A DNA stretch of 57,845 nucleotides, from contig USJO01000002.1 in NCBI GenBank assembly GCA_900555075.1, forward strand, positions 1 through 57,845, given 5' to 3'. Below are positions 36,581 through 45,895 of this stretch, piece after piece. The notes under the pieces were generated by a model. That model was not told where the DNA came from. It was given only the letters and a program-made list of their open reading frames with translations, and searched no databases. The DNA comes from an uncultured Clostridium sp. (GTDB taxonomy: Bacteria; Bacillota; Clostridia; TANB77; CAG-508). How positions within the stretch are numbered: the first letter of the stretch is position 1; every line of letters begins with the position of its first letter. A program made the position numbers and the translations under genes.

Positions 36581-37403
36581 GTGATGAACGTGAAAATAAA
36601 AAAGGGGGACTTTGTTGCGAGAAAATCATACAAACAAGATGTCCTTTTTGTTGTCGATAAAATAATAAATTTGAAAGATGGTAGTGCTTACGTAATTTTA
36701 AAAGGTGTAACAATCAGAATAGAGGCAGATGCCCCAATTGAAGATATAGTGAGAGTTGATGAAAGTAAAGTTACAATAGCAGAAAAGAGAATAGAAAAAC
36801 TACTCTTAGAAAGAATAAAAAACAATAAAATAGAACATAGAAATAACATTATAAAAAATAAAAACCGGTAAGATTCTTCATTTAGATGGAGATAGGCGAT
36901 ATAGTGAGAAATCAGCAAGATATTACAGAAAGATGGGTTTAAATGCTATAGTAAAAAATATCCCGGAAAATAAACAAGCATTAGTAGTAAGACAATTGCT
37001 AGAGAGATACAATCCTGATATATTAATAATAACAGGACATGATGCAATGCTGAAAAAAGGGATGAACTTTTCTAACATATACAATTATAGAAATTCAAAA
37101 AACTTTTTTGAAACAGTTGTTGAAGCCAGAAAATGGGCTAAATCTTCTAATAAGTTAGTTATATTTGCAGGAGCCTGTCAAAGTTTTTTTGAGGCATTAA
37201 TAGAAGCTGGTGCGGATTTTGCCTCTTCTCCAGGCAGAATTTTAATAGATTTTATTGATCCACTTATTGTAGCAGAGAAAATTGCAATAACAGATAGAAA
37301 TAGATTTGTAAGTAGTTATGACATAGCAAGGGAAATAAAAGAAGGAGAAAAAGGCATTAGTGGAATAGGTGCAATGGGAAAAAGTAACAAGTATGTAACA
37401 TAA
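36581..37403 (+). pseudogene. yabG: Sporulation-specific protease YabG, split by a frameshift in an A-rich run (about 36855-36868)
   Basis: The first ORF (GDFVARKSYKQDVLFVV) matches the YabG N-terminus. A second frame, open from 36855, reads GKILHLDGDRRYSEKSARYYRKMGLNAIV... and matches the YabG catalytic part. The likely true start is GTG 36590. Confidence 0.8.
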
Positions 37404-37491
37404 ATGTAATAAAAATGTAATAAAACACAACTTAGGACTTGAAACCCTAGAGCCACAAAGGAAAATAAAAACCGACATAATAATATTTTTT

Positions 37492-37520
37492 TTGACAATT
37501 GAACTTATGAATGATATAAT
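37492..37520 (+). promoter_or_regulatory. Consensus sigma-A promoter of veg
   Basis: TTGACA, 17 nt spacer, TATAAT. Confidence 0.7.
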
Positions 37521-37552
37521 GAGACAAATTAATCGAGAGGATGTGTAGTCAT

Positions 37553-37834
37553 ATGATTTGCCCTAGTGATATTCTAAACATTAAAGAAAAATTAGATCAA
37601 AACATAGGACAAAAGGTAATGGTGAGGAGAGCAATTGGACGAAAAAGATTTTTAGAAGAAGAAGCAGTCATAGAAAACACGTATAAGTATTTCTTCAATG
37701 TAAAAAATGAAGAAAAAGAAACCAATGATAGTTATCAATATGAAAACTTATTTACAAATGATGTACAAATTTCAATATTTAATGGAAAAGAATATTTCCC
37801 ATTAATACCAACAACAATAAAATCAAAATTTTAA
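37553..37834 (+). CDS. veg: Veg protein (biofilm/sporulation-associated small protein)
   Basis: Starting at ATG 37553, MICPSDILNIKEKLDQNIGQKVMVRRAIGRKR... parallels B. subtilis Veg. Lies next to yabG, as in Bacillus. Confidence 0.8.
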   Translation: MICPSDILNIKEKLDQNIGQKVMVRRAIGRKRFLEEEAVIENTYKYFFNVKNEEKETNDSYQYENLFTNDVQISIFNGKEYFPLIPTTIKSKF

Positions 37835-37903
37835 AAAATTCCTAACTATAGGAATTTTTTTTATCTTCCTTAATATAATATAATAATTAAGGGAGGGAAT
37901 ATT

Positions 37904-39439
37904 ATGGTAGTAGAAACAGCCAAAAATCAAATTGTTTTAAATCAAATAGTAGGACAAAAGAAGGAAAATAGACAGATTGAAAGCGATGTGATAGTAAATG
38001 ATGTTAAACCAGATGTATTAAATGTAATAGCTACAAATGGTGTAGTTAACATTTATAAAAAAGATGTAATGGATGGTAAAATACGAATAGATGGAGCTAT
38101 TAACACTTATATAATATATATGGCAGATGATAAGCAAAGTCAGGTAAGAAGCCTAAATACAAGTCTAGATTTTACACAAGTTATAGATATGGAAAATGCG
38201 AGAGAAAGTATGGAGGCACAAGTAAAAGTCGAAGTAAAAAACTTTGACACAAGAATACTAAACGGAAGAAAAATAAATGTAAAAGCAAATTTAGAGATAT
38301 CTATAAATATATATTCTAATGAAAGCTTTAACATTGTAACAGGAGTTGAAAAAATAAATGATATTCAATTACTAAAAAATACACAGCAAATTACCTCTTT
38401 GATAGGAAATGGAACAAACAAAGTTGTTGCAAAGGACACAATAGCAATAGATGTATCAGATGACTTAGTAGAAATAATGAAAGTTAATTTCAAAATAATA
38501 AATGAAGAAACCAAAATAAGCTATAACAAAGTATTATCAAAAGCAGACGCAATGGTAGAAATAATGTACTTAACAGAGGATAATAGAATTTGCAAAGCTA
38601 CAACTCAAATGCCAATAATGGGATTTGTGGAAATACAAAACGTAAATGAAAATTCAAAATGCGAAGTGCAAAACAATTTAAATAATCTGGTCATAAAACC
38701 AAACCATCAAGAGGGAAACTCTATATCAGTAGAAGCCGAAATAGAGGTAGTATGTATGGCGTATGAAACAAAAGAAATTAATATGATTGAAGATTTATAT
38801 AGCATAACAGAAGAACTAAGTTTCACCAAAAAAGACATAAATGCAGTTACAGAAAGAAATAAAATGAATGATACCTGCATAGTTCAAGAAAATATTAGAA
38901 TGCCAGAACTTACAGGTCAAGTTTTAGATGTTCAAATTAATCCTTCAATAAATAATACTCAAGTAAGAAAAGGTAAAATTATTTATGAAGGAAATCTAAA
39001 CCTACAAATATTATTTGAACAAAATACTAGTGTAAATTCAAGAACTGTAGATTTACCTTTCAATTTTGATGTGAATTCAGAAAAAATAGATGATAAATCT
39101 ATTGTGGAAACAATGTTAGAAATAAGGCAAAATGACTTTGTGGTAAGAGATGGAACAATAGAAATGACTGTAGGAATACAGTTTAACATATCAGAACAAA
39201 AGAATAAAGTATTAAATATGATAGAGGAAGTAGATATGGAGGAAAGCAAGGATTGCAACACATATAGTATGGTAATATACTTTGTAAAACCAGGAGACAC
39301 TTTGTGGAGCATAGCAAAAATGTTTAGAAGCACAGTTGAAGACATAGCTAGAGTAAATGATATAGAAAATATAAATAAAATAAGAATTGGGCAACAGCTA
39401 TATATACCAAGATTTTGCAGAAATAGAATAGTAATTTAG
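37904..39439 (+). CDS. DUF3794-repeat protein with C-terminal LysM domain (SipL-like spore coat morphogenetic protein)
   Basis: 511 aa. C-terminal YFVKPGDTLWSIAKMFRSTVEDIARVNDIENINKIRIGQQLYIP is a LysM domain. Size and architecture resemble clostridial SipL. Confidence 0.6.
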   Translation: MVVETAKNQIVLNQIVGQKKENRQIESDVIVNDVKPDVLNVIATNGVVNIYKKDVMDGKIRIDGAINTYIIYMADDKQSQVRSLNTSLDFTQVIDMENARESMEAQVKVEVKNFDTRILNGRKINVKANLEISINIYSNESFNIVTGVEKINDIQLLKNTQQITSLIGNGTNKVVAKDTIAIDVSDDLVEIMKVNFKIINEETKISYNKVLSKADAMVEIMYLTEDNRICKATTQMPIMGFVEIQNVNENSKCEVQNNLNNLVIKPNHQEGNSISVEAEIEVVCMAYETKEINMIEDLYSITEELSFTKKDINAVTERNKMNDTCIVQENIRMPELTGQVLDVQINPSINNTQVRKGKIIYEGNLNLQILFEQNTSVNSRTVDLPFNFDVNSEKIDDKSIVETMLEIRQNDFVVRDGTIEMTVGIQFNISEQKNKVLNMIEEVDMEESKDCNTYSMVIYFVKPGDTLWSIAKMFRSTVEDIARVNDIENINKIRIGQQLYIPRFCRNRIVI

Positions 39440-39440
39440 A

Positions 39441-40115
39441 ATGGATAAAATATATTCAAGAACTAAAATAAGACTGCCCAGTATTAAGACAATAAAACCA
39501 AACAATAGAAAAATAAGCAAAATATATTTTATAGTATTGACTTTAATTATATCAACAATAACAGTATATACCATATTAAAATTAACAGATCCAATATTTG
39601 AAGGACTATGTGTAGAAAAAGCAAGAAGAATTGCAACAGATTTAACCAACCGTAAATCAAGTGAAGTCTTAGCAAAATACAATTATCAGGATACAGTGAA
39701 AATAATAAAAAGTGAGGATAAAAAAAATAGTGTACTAAAAACCGATATAGTTACACTAAACCAAATAATATCAGAAATAGCAATAGAAATACAAAATGAA
39801 CTAGATGACTTAGGAAGGCAAAACGTAGAAATACCAATGGGTGCACTAACTGGTAGCCAATATCTAGCTGGAAGCGGACCAAAAATAAAAATAAGAATTA
39901 TATCAGCAGGAAATATAATAACAGATATAAGAACAGAATTTAAAGCAACAGGAATAAACCAAACATTATATAGAATATATTTAAATTTAGAATGTAATAT
40001 TTCAATACTTACTTCTTACAAAACAATAAAGGAGAAAGTAGAAAACCAAGTCTTGCTTGTAGAGACAGTTCTAGTAGGTGAAGTTCCAGAAACATATTTG
40101 CAATTAGAAAAATAG
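39441..40115 (+). CDS. yunB: Sporulation protein YunB
   Basis: N-terminal TM helix. IPMGALTGSQYLAGSGPKIKIRI...FKATGINQTLYRIYL...LVGEVPETY matches the YunB family core. Confidence 0.8.
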   Translation: MDKIYSRTKIRLPSIKTIKPNNRKISKIYFIVLTLIISTITVYTILKLTDPIFEGLCVEKARRIATDLTNRKSSEVLAKYNYQDTVKIIKSEDKKNSVLKTDIVTLNQIISEIAIEIQNELDDLGRQNVEIPMGALTGSQYLAGSGPKIKIRIISAGNIITDIRTEFKATGINQTLYRIYLNLECNISILTSYKTIKEKVENQVLLVETVLVGEVPETYLQLEK

Positions 40116-40207
40116 GGAGGACATTTTAACAAAATGTTCTCTTTTTCTATTGACCAAAAGTGTAGAAAAATGTATAATAAAGATATATTAGAATTAGGAG
40201 GAAATAT

Positions 40208-41227
40208 ATGAAAGATATGTTAATGAAATTAATTTCAAATAAAAGCTTATATCTTAAAATACTAGCAGGTTTAATTATAATAATTGCAATAATTGTTATT
40301 GGTTCATGCTGTAAATCTACTAAATATGGTAATTCATCAGGCAATAACAATAACTTTGGAATAGCTGTTCAAGATGGAAAATGGATATACTATATTGAAA
40401 TGGACGACGATGAGCCAACCGGAATATTCAAAGTCAAAGAAAATGGAAAGAAAACAGAAAAAGTAATTGATGGCAACATTTTTGGGTTAAACATAATAGA
40501 CAATTATATATATTGTGTAGAATACAATGAAGATGATGCTCAATATAATTTAATAAGAGTAAAAACAAACGGAAACAACAAAGAAACCTTAGCAAAAAAT
40601 ATCGATGAAGCACCAATAATGGTGGTTGACAAATGGGTTTATTATAATAAAAACAGCAACCTATATAGAGTAAAGCTTGATGGCACAGATCGAGAGAAAA
40701 TATCAGACAAAAAAATATCATATTATCATATAGATGGAAAATGGATTTACTATATCTACAAAATAGAAGGTTCTCAATACATAGCAAGAATGAAATTAGA
40801 TGGAGAAAAAAGTGAAAGAATATCAAAAGCAGAAGAAGATAGGAAATATGAAGCTGTATATGTAAAAGGTGGTAAAATATACTTCATAGTAGCAAAACAA
40901 AATGAAAACTATGATTATACATATTATTTGTATAAAATGAATAAAAAAGGCGAGAAAAAAGAACAAATATGCAAGTTAGATGCTAACGTACAATATATAA
41001 ATATGCAAGAAAAAGCTATCTATTATACAGTTACAGAAGATTACAATGAATATACTGTAAAACACATAAAATATAATGGGACAGATAAACAAATAATCAC
41101 TAACACTAAAGAAGCATTAAATCTAAACGTAACAGATAAATGGGTATTCTTCCTAGGAATTAATAGTGATAACAACAGTATAATGAAGATGGTAAGCATT
41201 AAGGGAGACAAGGAAAAAGAGTTGTAA
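40208..41227 (+). CDS. DUF5050-like beta-propeller lipoprotein
   Basis: Lipobox-like VIGSC. Repeated D-W/Y-I/V-Y-Y/F blades (DGKWIYYI, DNYIYCV, DKWVYYN, DGKWIYYI, GGKIYFI, EKAIYYT, DKWVFFL). Confidence 0.6.
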   Translation: MKDMLMKLISNKSLYLKILAGLIIIIAIIVIGSCCKSTKYGNSSGNNNNFGIAVQDGKWIYYIEMDDDEPTGIFKVKENGKKTEKVIDGNIFGLNIIDNYIYCVEYNEDDAQYNLIRVKTNGNNKETLAKNIDEAPIMVVDKWVYYNKNSNLYRVKLDGTDREKISDKKISYYHIDGKWIYYIYKIEGSQYIARMKLDGEKSERISKAEEDRKYEAVYVKGGKIYFIVAKQNENYDYTYYLYKMNKKGEKKEQICKLDANVQYINMQEKAIYYTVTEDYNEYTVKHIKYNGTDKQIITNTKEALNLNVTDKWVFFLGINSDNNSIMKMVSIKGDKEKEL

Positions 41228-41241
41228 GTAGGTGACTAAAG

Positions 41242-42882
41242 ATGCAAATAATTTATAAAGATATAATAATAGACGTAAAAGAAAGTACGCCAGTTAATGA
41301 GTTATTAAAAGATGAAATACAAAAAGCAAAATGCAAAGTAATTGCGTGTAAATTTAATAATGAAATTAAAAGTTTAAATTATAAAATAAAGTCAGATGGA
41401 AAACTAGAATTAATTGACTTAGAACATAAAGATGGAATGAGAATTTACAGAAGAGGACTTGTTTATATAATAAGTAAAGCTGTCTGCGAAACTTACCCAG
41501 GTACCCTAATGACAATTAATTACCAATTATCAAATGCAATGTTTTGTACAGTAGACAATTTAAAAATAACAAATGAAGTAATTAAAAATGTAAATAACAG
41601 GGTAAAAGAAATAATTAATAGCAATTTACCAATAGAAAAACGCTTTATGACAAAAGAAGAGGCTATTAAATTTTACGATAAAGAAAATACTTTAAAGGGA
41701 AAACTACAACTAGATTTAAAGCAGAAAAAAGAAGTAACACTTTATTACTGTGAAGACTATTATAATTACTTTTATGGAGTTTTGCCAATATCAACAAATT
41801 TTGTAGAAGCATATGAAATTTCAAAATATGATGATGGAATTTTAATAAGATATCCAAGCAAAGAAAATCCATACCAACTTTCAGAATTTAAAGATACGCC
41901 AAAATTATTTGCCACACTTGAAGAATATCAAGAATTGCATAAAGTATTAAATGTAAATACTCTTTATAAACTAAATAAAATAGTTGAAAAAGGGACGATA
42001 GAAGAATATGTGTTATTAGATGAGGCTTTACACGAAAAAAAGGTTGGAGCCATTGCAGACCACATAGCAGAAAATAAAAATATTAAATTAATTGCCATAG
42101 CTGGACCATCATCTTCTGGAAAAACGACCTTTGCAAAAAGGCTTGGCTTGCAACTAAGGTTAAATGGTCTTAAACCCAAAATAATATCTGTAGACAACTA
42201 TTTTGTTGAAAGGGAAGAAACACCATTAGATGAAGAAGGAAATTACGACTTTGAAAGTATAGATGCAGTTGATACAAAACTATTAAATAATGACTTAGTG
42301 AAACTACTAAAGGGAGAAGAAATAGATGCTCCAACATTTAATTTCCACACAGGGCACAAGGAATATAAAGGCAACAAAATGCAACTTGCATCAGATGAAA
42401 TTCTAGTAATGGAGGGTATTCATTGTTTAAATGATAAACTTACATATTTAATACCAAAGAAACAGAAATACAAAATATATATTAGTGCATTAACAGTTCT
42501 AAATATTGACTATTACAATAGGATATCTACAACTGATACAAGACTTATTAGAAGAATTGTAAGAGATTATAAATTTAGAGGATATAATGCAGTACATACA
42601 TTAGAAAGATGGCCTTCAGTAAATAGAGGAGAAGATAAGAACATATTTACTTTCCAAGAGGAAGCAGATGTAATGTTTAATTCATCATTGATATATGAAT
42701 TAAGTGTATTAAAAAAATATGCAATTCCATTGCTACAAGAGATAGAAATTACATCTCCACTATATTCAGAAGCTAAAAGAATAATATCAATGCTTTCATA
42801 TTTTAAAGACATACCAGATGAAGCAGTACCATCACACTCACTATTAAGAGAATTTATTGGAGGAAGCATATTTAAAGAATGA
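41242..42882 (+). CDS. Uridine kinase/phosphoribulokinase-family P-loop kinase with N-terminal TGS-like and ThrRS-N-like region
   Basis: Walker A IAIAGPSSSGKTTFAKRL. N-terminal MQIIYKDIIIDVKESTPVNELLKD looks like a TGS beta-grasp start. Confidence 0.7.
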   Translation: MQIIYKDIIIDVKESTPVNELLKDEIQKAKCKVIACKFNNEIKSLNYKIKSDGKLELIDLEHKDGMRIYRRGLVYIISKAVCETYPGTLMTINYQLSNAMFCTVDNLKITNEVIKNVNNRVKEIINSNLPIEKRFMTKEEAIKFYDKENTLKGKLQLDLKQKKEVTLYYCEDYYNYFYGVLPISTNFVEAYEISKYDDGILIRYPSKENPYQLSEFKDTPKLFATLEEYQELHKVLNVNTLYKLNKIVEKGTIEEYVLLDEALHEKKVGAIADHIAENKNIKLIAIAGPSSSGKTTFAKRLGLQLRLNGLKPKIISVDNYFVEREETPLDEEGNYDFESIDAVDTKLLNNDLVKLLKGEEIDAPTFNFHTGHKEYKGNKMQLASDEILVMEGIHCLNDKLTYLIPKKQKYKIYISALTVLNIDYYNRISTTDTRLIRRIVRDYKFRGYNAVHTLERWPSVNRGEDKNIFTFQEEADVMFNSSLIYELSVLKKYAIPLLQEIEITSPLYSEAKRIISMLSYFKDIPDEAVPSHSLLREFIGGSIFKE

Positions 42883-42922
42883 TATTATGCATCACTAATA
42901 AATAATGTGTAGGGAGAGTAAA

Positions 42923-43234
42923 ATGAAAAGTTTGTTTACAGAAATTGATGAAGAATTCGTGTGTGAACATTGTGGACATACTGTGCCAAGGTTGGGATAT
43001 TCTTGTAGAAACCATTGTAATAAGTGTTTATATTCAAAGCATGTTGATATAAATCCAGGAGATAGAGCTGAGGAGTGCCATGGACTTCTAGAACCGATAG
43101 GAATTGAAATTAAGCCTAAAAAAGGTTATGTTATAGTGTATAAGTGCCAAAAATGTGGAGCTATCCGCAAAAACAAATCTGCTAAAGATGATAATACGGA
43201 TTTAATAATTAAATTAAGCGCAAATGGAGGATAA
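42923..43234 (+). CDS. RNHCP domain protein
   Basis: CEHCGHTV...CRNHCNKCLYSKHVD...CQKCG zinc-ribbon pattern. ATG 42923 is preferred, after GGGAGAG. Confidence 0.7.
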   Translation: MKSLFTEIDEEFVCEHCGHTVPRLGYSCRNHCNKCLYSKHVDINPGDRAEECHGLLEPIGIEIKPKKGYVIVYKCQKCGAIRKNKSAKDDNTDLIIKLSANGG

Positions 43235-43303
43235 ATATAAAATTAATCAAAAAAGAACCCATTAATTATAACTAAGGGGTTCTTTTTTATATTTATACAG
43301 GTT

Positions 43304-44212
43304 TTATTGTATATTTTGTAATGCTTCAATCCTATCATCAATACTAGGGTGTGTATCAAATAATCCTGCTTTTTTCTTGCCTTCTTTTTTATCTTTAAAA
43401 GGTGTTACAATAAATAAATTAGCAGTTGCTTTATTAGCAGTTCTTAGCTCATTTTGGTCACTATCTAATTTTCTTAAAGCAGAAATTAAACCTTGAGGAT
43501 TTCTTGTAATTTCAGCGGCTGTGGCATCTGCCAAATATTCCCTTCTTCTTGAAAGGGCCATCTGCATAATCTTACCTAAAATAGGAGAAATAATTAAAAG
43601 AAGAAGACCTATAACCATTAAAATTGCATTACCCTTATTATCGCTATCTCTATCCCTATGACCTTTCCAGAATAAAGAACGAGAGAATAAATCAGAAACC
43701 ATTACTAAAAATCCAACCATAACAGTAACAACAGAAGTAAGCAAAATATCATAATTTTTAATATGTCCCATTTCGTGAGCAATGACGCCTTCTAACTCAT
43801 AATATTCTAGCTTTTCTAAAAGACCAGTAGTCACACAAATAATAGAATGTTCAGGATTGCGCCCAGTAGCAAAAGCATTAGGCTGAGGGTCTTCTATAAC
43901 ATAAAGCTTTGGTCTATGAGAAAGCCCTGAAGAGATCATAAGAGCATCTAAAATATGTACAAGTTTTCTATCCTCTTCTAACGTTGCAGACCTTGCCTTT
44001 GTGGCAGATAAAATAATTTTATCACTATTATAATAAGAAGCAAACGTCAAAGAAACTGAGAATAACATAGCAATAAAAATTGCAGTAGGTCCGCTAAAAT
44101 CTAATGCCATACAAATATAATAAATAATTAAAGAAATCATAAGTAAAAAACCAGTAATAATAAAACTTGATTTTATCTTGTTTTTTTTAATATCTTCGAA
44201 CATAGAAATCAC
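43304..44212 (-). CDS. htpX: M48-family zinc metalloprotease HtpX
   Basis: HEMGHIKNYD (HExxH), four TM segments and a C-terminal THPSIDDRIEAL. Confidence 0.85.
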   Translation of the reverse strand: MISMFEDIKKNKIKSSFIITGFLLMISLIIYYICMALDFSGPTAIFIAMLFSVSLTFASYYNSDKIILSATKARSATLEEDRKLVHILDALMISSGLSHRPKLYVIEDPQPNAFATGRNPEHSIICVTTGLLEKLEYYELEGVIAHEMGHIKNYDILLTSVVTVMVGFLVMVSDLFSRSLFWKGHRDRDSDNKGNAILMVIGLLLLIISPILGKIMQMALSRRREYLADATAAEITRNPQGLISALRKLDSDQNELRTANKATANLFIVTPFKDKKEGKKKAGLFDTHPSIDDRIEALQNIQ

Positions 44213-44305
44213 CTAAAAATATTATAACATAATGTAAATTAAATTACCATTAACTTTACTTTTTAAGTAAAATAATATAGAATATATGTGAAAAGAGGTA
44301 ATTTA

Positions 44306-45160
44306 ATGAGTATTTTAAAAGAAACAAAATTTATAATGAATAAATATCATATAACTGCGAATAAAAATTTAGGACAAAATTTTTTAATAGATGATGAAAC
44401 AGTTGCAGGAATAGTAGAAACCGCAAGCGTTTCAAAAGAAGACCTAATAATCGAAATTGGACCAGGACTTGGAACACTTACGAAAGAATTATTAGAAAGA
44501 GCAGGGAAAGTTATCTGTATAGAATTAGACAAAAGAATGATAGAAATATTAGAAGATAGATTTTCAATGTATGACAATTTCAAAGTTATAAATGAAGACG
44601 TTTTAAAAGTAAACCTTAAAGACTTAATACAAAAAGAAAAAATCAAAAATACAAAAATAGTAGCAAATCTTCCTTATTATATAACAACACCAATAATAAT
44701 GAAGCTATTAGAAGATAAATTGGATATAGAAACAATAACAGTAATGATACAAAAAGAAGTAGCAGATAGGCTAGTAACAGAACCAGGAACTGGCGATACA
44801 GGAGCAATAACATATGCAATACACTATTATACTAATCCAAAACGAATACTAGAAGTTCCAAACACCTCATTTATACCATCCCCAAAAGTGAACTCAACAG
44901 TAGTAAAATTAAACATACTAAAAACACCAAGTATAGAGGTAAAAAATGAAAAACAATTATTTGAGATCATTAAAACAGCATTTATGCAAAAGAGAAAAAC
45001 ATTAGTAAATGCAATAGCGAATAGTGGCAAATATGGAAGCAAAGAGCAAGTAGAAAAAACACTACAAAAACTTGAGATAGATTTAAAAATAAGACCTGAA
45101 AAAATGAGCTTAGAACAATTTGCAAAACTATCGAATTTAATAGAAACAAAAATCGTTTGA
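44306..45160 (+). CDS. rsmA: 16S rRNA (adenine1518/1519-N6)-dimethyltransferase
   Basis: LGQNFLIDD, IEIGPGLGTLT and NLPYYITTPI motifs. ATG 44306 is preferred, after AGAGG. Confidence 0.9.
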   Translation: MSILKETKFIMNKYHITANKNLGQNFLIDDETVAGIVETASVSKEDLIIEIGPGLGTLTKELLERAGKVICIELDKRMIEILEDRFSMYDNFKVINEDVLKVNLKDLIQKEKIKNTKIVANLPYYITTPIIMKLLEDKLDIETITVMIQKEVADRLVTEPGTGDTGAITYAIHYYTNPKRILEVPNTSFIPSPKVNSTVVKLNILKTPSIEVKNEKQLFEIIKTAFMQKRKTLVNAIANSGKYGSKEQVEKTLQKLEIDLKIRPEKMSLEQFAKLSNLIETKIV

Positions 45161-45219
45161 AAGCTATTGACTTCAAGCGATTTTGTAGTATAATTAATAA
45201 ATAGGAAAGAAGGAGAAAT

Positions 45220-45823
45220 ATGTTAGTTTCAATAGGAAGTAGAAGCATACCAAAGGTAACAGCAATTACGAGAGCTTTTTCAAGGTATCCAGAATTATGG
45301 GTTGATAAAACAGATAAAATTCAATATATAATAATGCCAAAAGAAGTAAGACAAGATGATAAAAGTGGACAAGATAAAGACAAATTTTCAGGTGTTTCAT
45401 GTAATCCATTAACACTAGAAGAAACTATAAAAGGTGCGAAAAATAGAGCAAAAAATGCATTTGAATATGCAGAAGAAAGATGTCGGCACATGTAATTTCG
45501 GTGTTGGAATAGAAGCAGGAATGTATCCAGTTGCAGAGGTTGATACAAAATATATGGATGCAAGCATTTGTGCAATTTATGATGGCAAAACATTTTACGT
45601 GGGATTTAGTCCATCATTTGAATATCCACAAAATGCAGTTAAGAGAGTTTTACAGGGAGAAGAAATAGGATATATGTATGATATCTTTGGAAACACTGCA
45701 AAGGGACGTAAAGGAGCAATAGGAGTTTTAACAAATGGCAGAATAAATAGAGATGAATTAGAAGAATATGCTGTGATGATGGCATTAACCAAAATTGTCT
45801 CAAAAGAAATTTATGAAAAATAA
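45220..45823 (+). pseudogene. yjjX: Inosine/xanthosine triphosphatase (YjjX/DUF84 family), split by a frameshift near 45472-45480
   Basis: ORF 45220-45495 (VSIGSRSIPKVTAITRAF...SGVSCNPLTLEETIKGAKNRAKNA) and ORF 45434-45823 (DVGTCNFGVGIEAG...) are consecutive parts of one YjjX-type protein. The shift lies in GAAGAAAGA. Confidence 0.7.
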
Positions 45824-45895
45824 TGCAAGGAAGTAGATTTACACACGAGTATAGGGGTCAACTTCCTAGTTAGCAAGAAAAGGAGAGGAAAAATT

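Noticed and set aside
40208-41227. The DUF5050 lipoprotein and the WG-repeat protein (47776-49266) as parts of a novel system.
   Set aside because: Both are common stand-alone repeat proteins in Clostridia, with their own promoters and terminators and no conserved partners visible here. The internal periodicity is explained by the protein repeats.
45826-45895. Possible T-box or attenuator upstream of thrS.
   Set aside because: Only 72 nt are available. There is one 6-bp stem (GGAAGT/ACTTCC) with a 26-nt loop, no T-run, and no specifier or T-box sequence. The absence is reported as a finding instead.
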